A stretch of 64,000 nucleotides of DNA from Candidatus Omnitrophota bacterium. GTDB taxonomy: Bacteria > Omnitrophota > Gorgyraeia > Zapsychrales > Fredricksoniimonadaceae. The position numbers and the translations under genes were made by a program. How positions within the stretch are numbered: position 1 is the first letter of the stretch; every line of letters starts with the position of its first letter. The stretch spans positions 811 to 64,810 of the forward strand of contig JAUSEK010000008.1 of assembly GCA_030650275.1 (NCBI GenBank), read 5' to 3'. The notes below the pieces were generated by a model. That model was not told the origin of the DNA. It worked only from the letters and a program-made list of their open reading frames with translations, and made no database searches. Below are positions 32,730 through 43,500 of the stretch, piece by piece.

Positions 32730-33705
32730 CCGCTGGGCTGTTGGATGTGCCTGCGTTCTGGGCTTATTGTACGGGGCTGCGGTCTTTGCCGACGTTCTGG
32801 CGCCTTATGGTTATGGCGATGAAGACCGCAATTATTCGTTCTGCCCGCCCACACCTGTTGTTATTTGGGAGAAAGGTCATTTCGTGCCGCCGTTCGTTTA
32901 CGGCCGCGTTCTGCGTTTTGATGAATACCGCCGAAGGGTTTATGATATTGACCCCGCGCAAAAATATCCGGTCCGGTTTTTCCGTGAGGGCCGTTTGTTC
33001 GGCGTGGACACCCCGGGGCGCGTTTATCTGTGGGGCGCGGATAGCCGCGGCCGTGACCTTCTTTCCCGTATTCTCTACGGGGCGAGGATCTCATTGTCCA
33101 TCGGCTTGGCCGGGGTGGCCATCGCCTTTACGCTGGGACTGATGGTGGGAGGCATTGCCGGTTATTACGGCGGATGGGTGGATGGGATCTTGATGCGTGT
33201 TTGCGAAGCGTTCATGATGGTCCCCGGGTTTTATTTGATGCTGGCTTTGCGCGCCGCGGTGCCGGATAATTTCAATTCCGTGCAGATCTATTGTTCGGTC
33301 GTGGTCATTTTGTCTTTTATCGGGTGGGCGTCGCTGGCGCGCGTCATCCGGGGGATGGCCCTGTCTTTGAGCCAACGGGATTATGTGCTGGCCGCCAAAA
33401 CCATGGGCGTGCCCGACGGCATTATTATTCTACGCCATATTTTGCCCCATACGGTGTCGTATTCTCTGGTGGCGCTCATGTTGAGCATCCCCGCTTATAT
33501 TTTAGGGGAGGCGGGTTTGAGTTTATTGGGTTTAGGCATCCAGGACCCGGTCCCCAGTTGGGGAAATTTGCTTTCAGATGCCATGGGCATTGTCCAGATC
33601 ACATTCGCGCCGTGGATCCTCATTCCCGGGCTTTTTATTTTCGCGGCCGTCATCTGTTTTAACGTCATCGGCGACGGCCTGCGTGATGCTTTAGAAGGAT
33701 CGTAA
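32713..33705 (+). CDS. Peptide ABC transporter permease (OppC/DppC-like)
   Basis: GADSRGRDLLSRILYGARISL, RHILP, PSWG, GDGLRDAL. Confidence 0.9.
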   Translation: MARMRNRWAVGCACVLGLLYGAAVFADVLAPYGYGDEDRNYSFCPPTPVVIWEKGHFVPPFVYGRVLRFDEYRRRVYDIDPAQKYPVRFFREGRLFGVDTPGRVYLWGADSRGRDLLSRILYGARISLSIGLAGVAIAFTLGLMVGGIAGYYGGWVDGILMRVCEAFMMVPGFYLMLALRAAVPDNFNSVQIYCSVVVILSFIGWASLARVIRGMALSLSQRDYVLAAKTMGVPDGIIILRHILPHTVSYSLVALMLSIPAYILGEAGLSLLGLGIQDPVPSWGNLLSDAMGIVQITFAPWILIPGLFIFAAVICFNVIGDGLRDALEGS

Positions 33706-34464
33706 ATGAATTTATTATCCATCCAAAATTTAACAGTTACTGTTAACGAAACAAAAATTCTCAACGACGTTTCTTTTTGTGTGGGCAAAGGACGCATCAT
33801 GGCTCTGGTCGGCGGTTCAGGCGGCGGTAAGACCACCGCGGGGATGTCCATCCTGCGGCTTCTGGCCGAACCCCTGTGCATCCGCAGCGGGAGCGTCATT
33901 TTTGATGGTCAGGATATTTTATCTTTACCTCACCAACAGATGCGTCGTCTGCGGGGAGCGCAGATCGCCATGGTGTTCCAGGAGCCGTTGGACGCTTTTG
34001 ATCCTTTGTTCACCATCGGCGAACAGATCGACGAGGTTTTGGCCGCGCATACTGATCTATCATCGCAACAGCGCCATGAAAGAGCCATGGAAGTTTTGTC
34101 CCAGGCGCAATTGCCGCAGCCCGAACGCGTGGTCCGCCGTTATCCCCATCAGTTGAGCGGCGGCCAGCGCCAGCGCGCCATGATCGCCCAGGCCATTGCC
34201 TGTAGACCAAAACTTTTGATCGCGGATGAGCCCACCAGCAATCTGGACGTCGTGGCCCAGGCCGGGATCATGGACGTGTTGCGCGCGCTTAAGTCGGAGA
34301 TGTCCGTCATTTTGATCACCCATGATCTGGGCATGGTCGCGCACATTGCTGATGACGCGGTCGTGTTATGCGAGGGCAGGGTCGTGGAAGCGGGGCCGGT
34401 CATGGACATCATGACAAACCCGCGTCATCCGTACACGCAAGCCATGGTCAAGGTATTCCAATAA
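33706..34464 (+). CDS. Peptide ABC transporter ATP-binding protein (OppD-like)
   Basis: GGSGGGKT Walker A, YPHQLSGGQRQR, IADEPT. Confidence 0.9.
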   Translation: MNLLSIQNLTVTVNETKILNDVSFCVGKGRIMALVGGSGGGKTTAGMSILRLLAEPLCIRSGSVIFDGQDILSLPHQQMRRLRGAQIAMVFQEPLDAFDPLFTIGEQIDEVLAAHTDLSSQQRHERAMEVLSQAQLPQPERVVRRYPHQLSGGQRQRAMIAQAIACRPKLLIADEPTSNLDVVAQAGIMDVLRALKSEMSVILITHDLGMVAHIADDAVVLCEGRVVEAGPVMDIMTNPRHPYTQAMVKVFQ

Positions 34465-35198
34465 TGCTTGAGATGCGGGACATCAAGAAATATTTCGCTT
34501 CCGGCCTTGTCAAAGCCGTGGACGGGGTCAGTTTATCTGTTGAGCGCGGTGAATGTCTGGCCATCGTCGGTGAATCCGGATGCGGGAAAACCACGCTGGC
34601 CAAGGTCCTTTTGGGATTATTGCCCGCGGATGAAGGGCGGATACTGCTCGACGGCAAACTTCTGGATACCCGCGGCCGGCGTAAGGTCCAAATTGTTTTT
34701 CAGGACCCTTACGCCAGTCTGGACCCGCTCTGGACGGTGCGCGGCATTTTGTCTGAAGCGTTCCATGCGCGGCCCGGTCTGGGCCCCCAGGAGCAGGAGA
34801 GGCAGATGCGCGCCGTGCTTGCCGAGGTCGGTTTAACAGAGGACATGCTGGTCCGCCGGCCCCATCAGTTGAGCGGCGGCCAGCGCCAGCGCGCGGCCAT
34901 TGCCCGGGCGCTGTTGACCCAGCCCCGCGTGCTGGTGCTCGATGAGCCCGTGTCGTCTCTGGACGTGCTGGTGCAAAAACAGATCATGGACCTTTTGAAG
35001 AAGGTCCGCAGTGATTTCGCGCTGACATGCGTTTTTATTTCCCATAATCTGCGTGTCGTGCGGGATTTCGGTGATAAAATAGCCGTGATGCGTGAGGGCC
35101 GCGTCCTTCAAACAGGGTCCTGGGCGCAGGTTTTTGGTCCCGACGGACATCCATACGCGCGCCAACTCCATAAAGCCGCTTTCGAATATACGACATGA
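34464..35198 (+). CDS. Peptide ABC transporter ATP-binding protein (OppF-like)
   Basis: GESGCGKT, FQDPYASL, LSGGQRQR, LDEPVSSLD; ATG overlaps previous stop. Confidence 0.9.
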   Translation: MLEMRDIKKYFASGLVKAVDGVSLSVERGECLAIVGESGCGKTTLAKVLLGLLPADEGRILLDGKLLDTRGRRKVQIVFQDPYASLDPLWTVRGILSEAFHARPGLGPQEQERQMRAVLAEVGLTEDMLVRRPHQLSGGQRQRAAIARALLTQPRVLVLDEPVSSLDVLVQKQIMDLLKKVRSDFALTCVFISHNLRVVRDFGDKIAVMREGRVLQTGSWAQVFGPDGHPYARQLHKAAFEYTT

Positions 35199-37213
35199 GC
35201 GACCGATTCTGGCAACGGTTAAGTTATCTTTCAGGGATCGCCGCCCTCGGCGTATTTTTCGGGCTCGCCGTTTTCCTGGCCGGTGTTGAGGTCAAAGACC
35301 TGGACCTGTGGCTGCATTTGAAGACCGGCCAGATCATCGCCGAAACCGGATCTGTCCCGTCCGTTGACATTTTTTCCTCCACCATCGCCGGAAGACCCTG
35401 GATCAATCACGAATGGCTGTTCCAGGTCCTTGTCCACTATGTGCATCAGTTCTTCGGCTTTGACGGGCTGATCACCATGCAGGTATGGGTGGTGACCCTG
35501 ACCCTGGCCCTGCTGCTTTTTCTGGGCTACAGCCGCGAGCGTCAATGGCTGGTTGTTTTCACCCTGCTTCTGGTTCTTTTGGTCTATAAGACCCGTTTCA
35601 CGATACGTCCTGACATTTTTTCCCTGCTTTTTTTCGTCCTTTACGTCCATCTTTGTTCAGCGCACATTCACAAGCGATGGTTTTTGCCCGCTCTGGTCCT
35701 GATCCAGGTGGTGTGGACGAACATGCACGGGTTTTTCTTTTTCGGGCCCTTGCTCATCGGGACCGGGATATTCGCGGAATTCCTCAAGCGCCGCGTGCCC
35801 CTGCCCTTTGAATGGAATACCGTCGCGCGTTTGACCGACGAAGAATACCGGCGTCTTCGATGGGCGGGCTTAGCCGTGCTTCTGGCCTGCTGTGTCAATC
35901 CTTTGGGTATCAAAGGCGCTTTATACCCGCTTGTTGTCCTGGGACAATTGGGCAATGGGGCAGGGGTATTTTTCAAACACATCACCGAACTGCAAAAACC
36001 CATTGCCTGGAACACGCTGTTCACGCTGCAATACCTTCCTTATAAAATGCTGATCCTGCTCTCGGCTTTAAGTTTCGTTTTTAACCGCCGGCGCGTGGAT
36101 GTGAGCGTTTTTTTGGTGTGGATCGTCTTTCTCTTATTTTCGCTCACCGCCATACGCAATATGGTTTTTTTCGCGGCGGCCGCGTATCTGGTCTTTGCCG
36201 CCAATGCCGCGCAGGTCGTCTGGGACGACGTGACGCCGCTGCGTTTCACGCATCCCAGGTTCAAATCCATGACCGGCATTATCCTGAAGCTCTCCCTGCT
36301 CATGTGGATGATGAATCTGGGGCTGGCGGTGGCCACCAACGGCTATTTTGATTTTGATACGTATGAGCGCAAAAGCGAATTCGGGGGACTGTCCAAACGC
36401 AGTTATCCGTATAAGGCCGTGGATTTTTTGGTCGCCAACGGCATCAAAGGTGATTTTTTCAATGATTTTAATTCCGGCGCGTATCTCATCGGCCGCGCTT
36501 ACCCCAACGTGAAGGTTTTTATCGACGGACGCACCGAACTGTACGGCTCGGATTTTTTTGAACGTTATCAAAAGGTATGGAAGCAGGGAGACCTGAAGAT
36601 GTTCCGGGAGATGGATATCAAACGCAATATCACCGGCGCGTTCTTGAACAACAACAATCAGGACATCCCGCGCAAGGTCCTTAAGATGTTTGCCCGCATG
36701 CCCGGATGGAAGGTCGTGTATTTCGACGACGATGCCGTCATTTTTCTTAAAGAGACGCCGGTCCATAAACCCCTGATCACGAAATTTGCCGTTGATCTGA
36801 ACAAGTGGAACCCCAAACCCATGGACCTCTTGAAGCTCGGCCCCAAACGCATTGACCCGTTCCCGTTTGTCAGCCGTGCTTATCTCCTGGAGTCCTTGGG
36901 GATGGACGGGCCCGCCTTAAAGGAGGTGGCGTGCGCCTTGCAGGTGTCGCCCGACCACCCCGGGGCATACAGGTTGTGGGGGAAGATCGATGCACGGCGC
37001 CGGGATTATCGCAAAGCGTTTGAACATTTCCGCATGGCCGTCATGCTGTTTCCCGGCGACCGCCAGAGCCGCATGGGACTGGCCAATGCCTATGAACATT
37101 TGGGGGACCGTCAGGGAGCGCTCAGGCAATACGAACGCCTGCTTGCGGATAAGCCCAATGATGTTAGAATAGCCGATAAAGTCAGGAAGTTGAAAGAACG
37201 TTTGAAAAAGTAA
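35195..37213 (+). CDS. Polytopic membrane protein (GT-C-like) with C-terminal TPRs
   Basis: DLWLHL..G, PWINHEWL, RP, WTNMHG, FNDFNSGAYL, FIDGRTELYG, ~10 TM segments, TPR-like helices at C-terminus. Confidence 0.6.
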   Translation: MSDRFWQRLSYLSGIAALGVFFGLAVFLAGVEVKDLDLWLHLKTGQIIAETGSVPSVDIFSSTIAGRPWINHEWLFQVLVHYVHQFFGFDGLITMQVWVVTLTLALLLFLGYSRERQWLVVFTLLLVLLVYKTRFTIRPDIFSLLFFVLYVHLCSAHIHKRWFLPALVLIQVVWTNMHGFFFFGPLLIGTGIFAEFLKRRVPLPFEWNTVARLTDEEYRRLRWAGLAVLLACCVNPLGIKGALYPLVVLGQLGNGAGVFFKHITELQKPIAWNTLFTLQYLPYKMLILLSALSFVFNRRRVDVSVFLVWIVFLLFSLTAIRNMVFFAAAAYLVFAANAAQVVWDDVTPLRFTHPRFKSMTGIILKLSLLMWMMNLGLAVATNGYFDFDTYERKSEFGGLSKRSYPYKAVDFLVANGIKGDFFNDFNSGAYLIGRAYPNVKVFIDGRTELYGSDFFERYQKVWKQGDLKMFREMDIKRNITGAFLNNNNQDIPRKVLKMFARMPGWKVVYFDDDAVIFLKETPVHKPLITKFAVDLNKWNPKPMDLLKLGPKRIDPFPFVSRAYLLESLGMDGPALKEVACALQVSPDHPGAYRLWGKIDARRRDYRKAFEHFRMAVMLFPGDRQSRMGLANAYEHLGDRQGALRQYERLLADKPNDVRIADKVRKLKERLKK

Positions 37214-37230
37214 AAACAAAAGGTTTTCGC

Positions 37231-38433
37231 ATGCGTGATATTTTGACCTTCATCCTCGCCGGCGGCAAAGGCGAGCGTTTAGACCCCCTGACCCGCGACC
37301 GGGCCAAGCCCGCCGTTCCTTTCGGCGGCATTTACCGCATCGTTGATTTTGCATTGAGCAATTGCGTCAACTCCGGGCTGCGCCGGATTTTTCTTTTGAC
37401 CCAGTACAAGTCCTTTTCCCTGCAGCGGCACATCCTGGAGGGATGGAACATTTATTCCAATCAATTGGGGGAGTTCATCGACGTGGTCCCGGCCCAGCAG
37501 CGTATTTCCGCCGACTGGTACCGCGGCACCGCGGACGCCATTTACCAGAATTTGAACATGGTCCAGGATTATGACCCGAAACTGGTGCTCATCCTCGCCG
37601 GCGATCACGTCTACAAGATGGATTACCGCAAGATGATCGACGATCACGTCCGTACAGGCGCGGACATGACCGTGGCGTGCTTGTCCATGCCTAAAAGCGA
37701 AGCCGCCTATTTCGGGGTGGTTGAAGTGAATAAAAATAGCATGATCGTGGGTTTTCAGGAAAAACCGAAAGACCCTAAAACCATCCCGTCGGACCCCGGC
37801 TCCATTTTCGGGTCCATGGGCATTTACCTTTTTAATGCGGACGTTTTGTTCAAAGAATTGAAGATCGACGCGGACAAAAGCGATTCCGGCCATGATTTCG
37901 GTAAGAACATCATCCCGCAGATGATCCAAAAGAAAATGAAGGTGTCCGCTTACGATTTTGCGGCCAATAATGAATTTTCGTATTGGCGCGACATCGGGAC
38001 CCGCGACGCCTATTATCAGGCCAACATGGACCTGGTGGGCCCCGACCCCAAATTCAACCTTTTTGAAAGATCATGGCCCTTAAGGACGCATTATCATCAT
38101 TATTCGCCCGTGCGCGCGTACACGACGGGTAAAAAACCAGGGACGATCGTCAATTCTTTGGTGGCCAGTGGTTGTGTCCTGGAAAGCGCGCAGGTCATCC
38201 ATTCGGTGGTTTCCAACAATGTGTTCATTAAGGACGGGGCGTCGGTGACAAATTCCGTGATCATGGACAGCGTCACCATAGGCCAAGGGGCGCAGATCCA
38301 GAATGCCATCATTGACAAGGACGTGGTCATTCCCGCGGGTGCCCGCATCGGTTTTGATGCAGAGGACGACCGTAAACGTTTTACGCTGACCACGTCGGGG
38401 ATAGTAATTGTTGCGAAAAAAACATCATTATGA
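37231..38433 (+). CDS. glgC: Glucose-1-phosphate adenylyltransferase
   Basis: LAGGKGERL, RAKPAVPFGGIYR, WYRGTADA, FQEKP, SMGIY, DFGK, YWRDIGT. Confidence 0.95.
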   Translation: MRDILTFILAGGKGERLDPLTRDRAKPAVPFGGIYRIVDFALSNCVNSGLRRIFLLTQYKSFSLQRHILEGWNIYSNQLGEFIDVVPAQQRISADWYRGTADAIYQNLNMVQDYDPKLVLILAGDHVYKMDYRKMIDDHVRTGADMTVACLSMPKSEAAYFGVVEVNKNSMIVGFQEKPKDPKTIPSDPGSIFGSMGIYLFNADVLFKELKIDADKSDSGHDFGKNIIPQMIQKKMKVSAYDFAANNEFSYWRDIGTRDAYYQANMDLVGPDPKFNLFERSWPLRTHYHHYSPVRAYTTGKKPGTIVNSLVASGCVLESAQVIHSVVSNNVFIKDGASVTNSVIMDSVTIGQGAQIQNAIIDKDVVIPAGARIGFDAEDDRKRFTLTTSGIVIVAKKTSL

Positions 38434-38437
38434 GGAA

Positions 38438-38517
38438 ATCCCGCTTCGCGGGATAAATTCGCACAAACAAGTTATGTTCGTCCCGACGCTTCGGTCGGGA
38501 CTCCATAACTTGTGTGC
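38438..38517. repeat. Two intergenic palindromes (possible terminator or REP-like insertions)
   Basis: ATCCCGC-TTC-GCGGGAT and nested ACAAGTTATG..GTCCCGAC-GCTTCG-GTCGGGAC..CATAACTTGT. Confidence 0.65.
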
Positions 38518-38523
38518 TCATTT

Positions 38524-39756
38524 ATGATCATTCAGTCGAAGATCCGCGGTTTCATCTGCATCACCGCCCATCCCATCGGATGCGCCCGCAATGTCGCCGG
38601 GCAGATCGCTTATGTGCGTTCGCGCGGGGCCGTCAGCGGCGGGCCTAAAAAGGTCCTGGTGCTGGGCGCCTCTCACGGTTATGGCCTGGCTTCGCGCATT
38701 ACAGCTGCTTTCGGCTGCGGCGCGGCCACGATGGGTGTCTTCTTTGAAAGACCCTCTGACGGCAAACGCACGGCCACGGCCGGGTGGTACAATTCCGCCG
38801 CTTTTGAAACAGAAGCCAAAAAGGCGGGGCTTTACGCCAAAAGTTTTAACGGTGATGCTTTTTCCGACGACATGCGCCGGCAGGTCTGTGACGCCGTTGC
38901 CAGGGACTGGGGACAGACCGACTGCGTCATTTATTCCCTGGCTTCTCCGCGGCGTATTGACCCTAAGACCGGAACATTATATAAGTCCATTCTTAAGCCC
39001 AAAGGCAAACCTTACACCAATAAGAGCATTGATTTTGAGGCCAACCGGGTGACCACGGTCACTTTGGAAGCGGCGACCGACGAAGAAATACAGGACACGG
39101 TCAAGGTCATGGGCGGGGAGGACTGGGAATTTTGGATCGAGGCCTTGCGCGCGCGGAATTTACTGGCGCCCAAGGCATTGACCGTGGCGTATTCCTACAT
39201 CGGTCCGGACATGACTACGGCCGTGTACCGCAACGGCACCATCGGCGCGGCCAAAGACCATCTGGAGGCCATGGCCCATAAACTCGATGTCCTTCTCAAG
39301 CCAAGCGGCGGCCGGGCCGTGGTATCCGTCAACAAGGCCTTAGTCACCCAAAGCAGTTCCGCCATTCCTTTTATTCCTTTATACTTTGTGCTCTTGATGA
39401 AGGTGATGAAGACCAAGGGTGTGCATGAGGACTGTATCCAGCAGGCCTATCGGCTCTTTGCCGAACGTCTGTATAACGGGCGCGCGTTTGATCATATCCC
39501 CGTGGATGAGGCCGGCCGCGTGCGCATTGACAACCTGGAAATGCTGCCTGAGGTCCAGGCGGAGGTCAACAAACTGTGGGCCATCGTGTCCAGTGACAAT
39601 GTGAACGCCATCGCCGACGTCACCGGTTATAACAGCGATTTCCTGCGCCTCTTCGGCTTCGGCATGGAGGGTGTTGACTACGACGCCGACGTCGACCCCT
39701 TAGTCGGCCCCGACGTGCCCCTTGAGCAAGCCGACGTTTCAAAACACCGCTCTTGA
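38524..39756 (+). CDS. fabV: Trans-2-enoyl-ACP/CoA reductase FabV
   Basis: RGFICITAHP.GC, GAS.GYGLASRI, TAGWYN, NGDAFS, YSLASP, VMGGEDW, YSYIGP. Confidence 0.93.
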   Translation: MIIQSKIRGFICITAHPIGCARNVAGQIAYVRSRGAVSGGPKKVLVLGASHGYGLASRITAAFGCGAATMGVFFERPSDGKRTATAGWYNSAAFETEAKKAGLYAKSFNGDAFSDDMRRQVCDAVARDWGQTDCVIYSLASPRRIDPKTGTLYKSILKPKGKPYTNKSIDFEANRVTTVTLEAATDEEIQDTVKVMGGEDWEFWIEALRARNLLAPKALTVAYSYIGPDMTTAVYRNGTIGAAKDHLEAMAHKLDVLLKPSGGRAVVSVNKALVTQSSSAIPFIPLYFVLLMKVMKTKGVHEDCIQQAYRLFAERLYNGRAFDHIPVDEAGRVRIDNLEMLPEVQAEVNKLWAIVSSDNVNAIADVTGYNSDFLRLFGFGMEGVDYDADVDPLVGPDVPLEQADVSKHRS

Positions 39757-39786
39757 TTTTTTATCGTTTTGGTGGATAATTAATGT

Positions 39787-39984
39787 ATGAGACGTGTGAG
39801 AACTTTAGCTAAATTGATTGAGCCATTTGCGGGTCAATGGGTGACATTGACAGCAGATGAAAAGACCGTCCTTGGCGTTTCCAAGAACATGCGCACAGCC
39901 ATTACTCAAGCCAGAAAAAAAGGCGAGCAGCAACCCTTTCTTATCAAATCCCCGGATGCCTATACGGCGGCGGTCTTCTATTGA
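39787..39984 (+). CDS. Small DUF5678-like protein
   Basis: F.GQWV.L...V.G.S......A.KKG..P pattern; stop overlaps next start. Confidence 0.6.
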   Translation: MRRVRTLAKLIEPFAGQWVTLTADEKTVLGVSKNMRTAITQARKKGEQQPFLIKSPDAYTAAVFY

Positions 39985-40451
39985 AGCAAATATTCAATCT
40001 TGCTTATACCAACCTGATCATCCCTGCCAGCGGTTCGTTTGCCAGACGGATCATGTCCCGTCCGATGTTGCATACCGTATTGTCCCATCAAAAAAAGGAT
40101 TTGGATTTTTCTTTTGCCTGTATCGTTGATTCAGGAGCGGATTATTGTGTTTTTCCTGCGAGATATGGGGAAATTCTCGGTCTGAATATAGAAAGCGGCC
40201 GTCGCCTGCGATCGGGCGGACTTGGCGGAGGGGACGTTCTTTATTTTCATAAGGTTACCGTTAAGGTGGTTCTTGATGGTGAGCCAGTGCAATTTCATTG
40301 TAGGGCCGGTTTCTCGCGCACCATGGACAAGGCGGGCATCGGCTTTCTGGGCAGGCATGGATTCTTTGAATTATTTGAGGATGTTTGTTTTCATGAAGAC
40401 AAGAAGAAATTTGTTTTGAAAACCAATGATGATTTAGATTTTGAAGAATAG
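39981..40451 (+). CDS. Single-domain retropepsin-like aspartyl protease
   Basis: IVDSGA catalytic motif and C-terminal GFLGR..FF motif. Confidence 0.7.
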   Translation: MKQIFNLAYTNLIIPASGSFARRIMSRPMLHTVLSHQKKDLDFSFACIVDSGADYCVFPARYGEILGLNIESGRRLRSGGLGGGDVLYFHKVTVKVVLDGEPVQFHCRAGFSRTMDKAGIGFLGRHGFFELFEDVCFHEDKKKFVLKTNDDLDFEE

Positions 40452-40530
40452 ATTTTCTCCCCCCAAAATCCAGCAAATCAAAACTCCCCGATTGGCAAAT
40501 CATTTAAATATCGTATATACTTGGCCCATC

Positions 40531-43500
40531 ATGTATTTAAATCCAAGAATAAGACGCTTTCTGGCTTTGGGCCTGCTTTTTGCCTTTTTGGGCAATGGCT
40601 TGACCTTGCCACCTGCCTATGCTGACGTAGGGGCGATTATTAATCGCCCCTACATGCCTGCCCCCGGCACCCGCATTGGCTTAAGCCCCGCCTTTAACCC
40701 CCCGGTCCTCAAAGGCCTCAAGGTCCATCCTGACAACCCATTTCGTTTTGACTTTATTCTTGATCAAGGTGATTCCCTCCCCCTTGTGGGGAGGGCTAGG
40801 GAGGGGGATAAGCAAGAAGAACTCAAACAAGAAGCCAATAAACTCATCAAGTACTTCCTCGCCTCTTTGACCGTTCCAGAGAAGGACTTGTGGGTCAATT
40901 TATCTCCCTATGAGAAAGACCGCATCGTCCCTACATCCTTTGGCCAAACCGAGATGGGACGTGACCTCTTAGCCCAGGACTATCTGCTCAAACAGATCAC
41001 GGCAAGCCTCATTTATCCTGAAGACGAATTCGGCAAGAAGTTCTGGAACAGGATATACCAAGAAGCAGCCAAAAGGTATGGAACAACCAATATACCGGTC
41101 AATACCTTCAACAAGGTCTGGATCGTTCCCGAGAAGGCCGTTGTCTACGAGAATGCCCAGGCAGGCACGGCCTATGTGGTTGAATCAAAGCTTAAAGTCA
41201 TGCTGGAACAGGACTACCTAGCTCTTGAACATCAAGGGCGGGTCCTGCAAAGCCACTATGGAACCCGGCCTGCTCACCAGCTCGCAGGCGCGCTAAGCGG
41301 TCCGGCTTATTCGCCGGACCAGCGCCCCGCACCACGCGGGGATGTTAATGCTCTTGGCTCCCAAGTCGTCCGTGAAATAGTAATCCCAGCCCTGACCAAG
41401 GAAGTCAACGAAAACAAAAATTTCGCCCAACTGCGTCAGGTCTACAACTCTCTTATCCTGGCCACCTGGTACAAGAAGAAGATCAAGGACAGCATCCTTC
41501 TTCAAGTGTATGCGGACAAGAATAAAATCTCAGGCATTGGCTACGCTACGCCAACCCGGGGACATGTTCCGCAGAACGTGTCCCCAAGCACGTTGCCAAC
41601 CAACCAAGCACTGAATGTGAAAGCACCCCAGGGAAACCCGCCCAACGATGTCGAAGCCATTTACCAGCAATACCTCACCGCCTTCAAGAAAGGCGTTTAT
41701 AACTATATCAAAGAAGAGCAGGACCCCATCACCCAACAGATGATCCCAAGGAAGTATTTTTCGGGTGGCGCCACTATGGGGCAAACGGAAAAGATTTTAG
41801 ATGTTGTGGACGAGGCTATGTTGGGAAGTGAAAGGGTTGATCGGATCATAAATGGTATTAAGAAAGCGACCTTAGTTATTTTGACTGCCGGATTAGTGCT
41901 GTCCCCTGGCGATACTCGACCGACACATTTGCCTCATCAAACGACGATCACCTTGGATAAATCCGTAGAGAGAACCATTACAGATGCTGTTAATACTCTG
42001 CCTTATTTTGAGTGGCGCGTGATGGGAGCAAAAGACAATCTTAAGGTAGCACAATTTATTGATCAAAATCTCATGGTTTATTATGCTGCAGATTCCGGTC
42101 CCATTCGACAGGTTAATAGACCGACAGTTTTTTATAGAGACATTCCGCAGGTCGGCCCGGCGTACATCGCAGCCATGATCCCGGGGACGGAAGGAGCCCG
42201 GAGGAGGCATATTGTACTTTCCGCGCATTTTGACACGAGAAGTATGTACGGCGCGGATGATAATGGTTCGGGGATTTCGTCACTTTTGGCGATCGCCAGG
42301 GCCGCAGTCAATTACACCTTTCGGGACAATGTTTATTTTATATTTACCAATGATGAAGAATATGGAAAGCTGGGAGCAAGAGCTGCTGTTAAAGATTTGC
42401 AGGATGTTGGAATTAATGACGGTAATGTTTTCTTTATCGATATTGATAGCATAGGCCAGTCACATTTAAGTTTGTCGAAAGAAGGAACAAAGCCGGATAT
42501 ATGGCTTTCTAAACCTATTGTATCCAAGGGGCAAGATGCCGTGAGTGTATTGGAAAAAGAGGTCCGGAACGTTCTTTCCAACGACCCACCATTTAATTTG
42601 CATAATGACATTAACGATGTATCAGCTTTTGAGACATTGCCTAGCGATGCGTCAGCATATACCCTTTACGGATATCCAGCTTTAACTGTTTCAGGCATCC
42701 CCTGGGGTAAATCCACAATACTCCATACTGAAAAGGACTCCCCAGACAAGGTGTCGCCAACGTCCATTTATCAGATCACGAGGTGGATTTTATCCTCATT
42801 ACATCAACTGGCCAGGGGAGAGAAAGATATTGTTTGGCAAGCGTCTGTCTCCTATATTCCCTTGACTTCCGCCGGGATTGATCGCACGGAACGGAACTAT
42901 TTAACGGATACACAAAGATTATTTGAGTCGTACGGGCTTTCTTTTCAATCGCGCCACGCCGTTTCACTAGACGAATATGAGTTGTTATCGCGATGGATGA
43001 GTTTTATCAGGGAAAAGTTCCCGGGTTATCGGGAACATTTCAAGGGGATTATATATGATCTGTCTTCGGGCATTGCTCATGCCAATCGACAGACAAGAAT
43101 GATCGAGTTCGGGTTTCCTCTTCGTTCCAAGGCGATCTGGCTTCCTTACGGGTACTCGTTAAAATCCGGGGTATGGTATGCATCCGCAGATCTTGTCTTA
43201 ACACATGAACTGGGGCATTTTATCAGTGAAGATGGATTGAGAAAGCAAGGAGTTGATTTGCACAGGTCTGGTTATATAGGCGATCTTCATACGCCTGAAG
43301 AATTGTTTGCGACTGACCTTGCTCTATGGTTGTTATATGGGAATTTGAAATCAGCCCCGGCTGTATTCCTAGATCACTACATTCATGGCGATTACGATTT
43401 TAAGACAGGCCAATTAACAACAATTATGAAGGAGGAACCTAAAAATATTGTTCCGTGGGAAATCCAAAGAATGAATTTGATTAAAAAGGCCGCTCAGGCA

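Noticed and set aside
40441-40530. Extended N-termini given by the ORF track (also 8124, 11980, 16571, 27518, 32614, 34368, 49814, 57793, 60791)
   Set aside because: Downstream ATGs fit family N-termini, RBS/promoter positions and stop-start coupling better.
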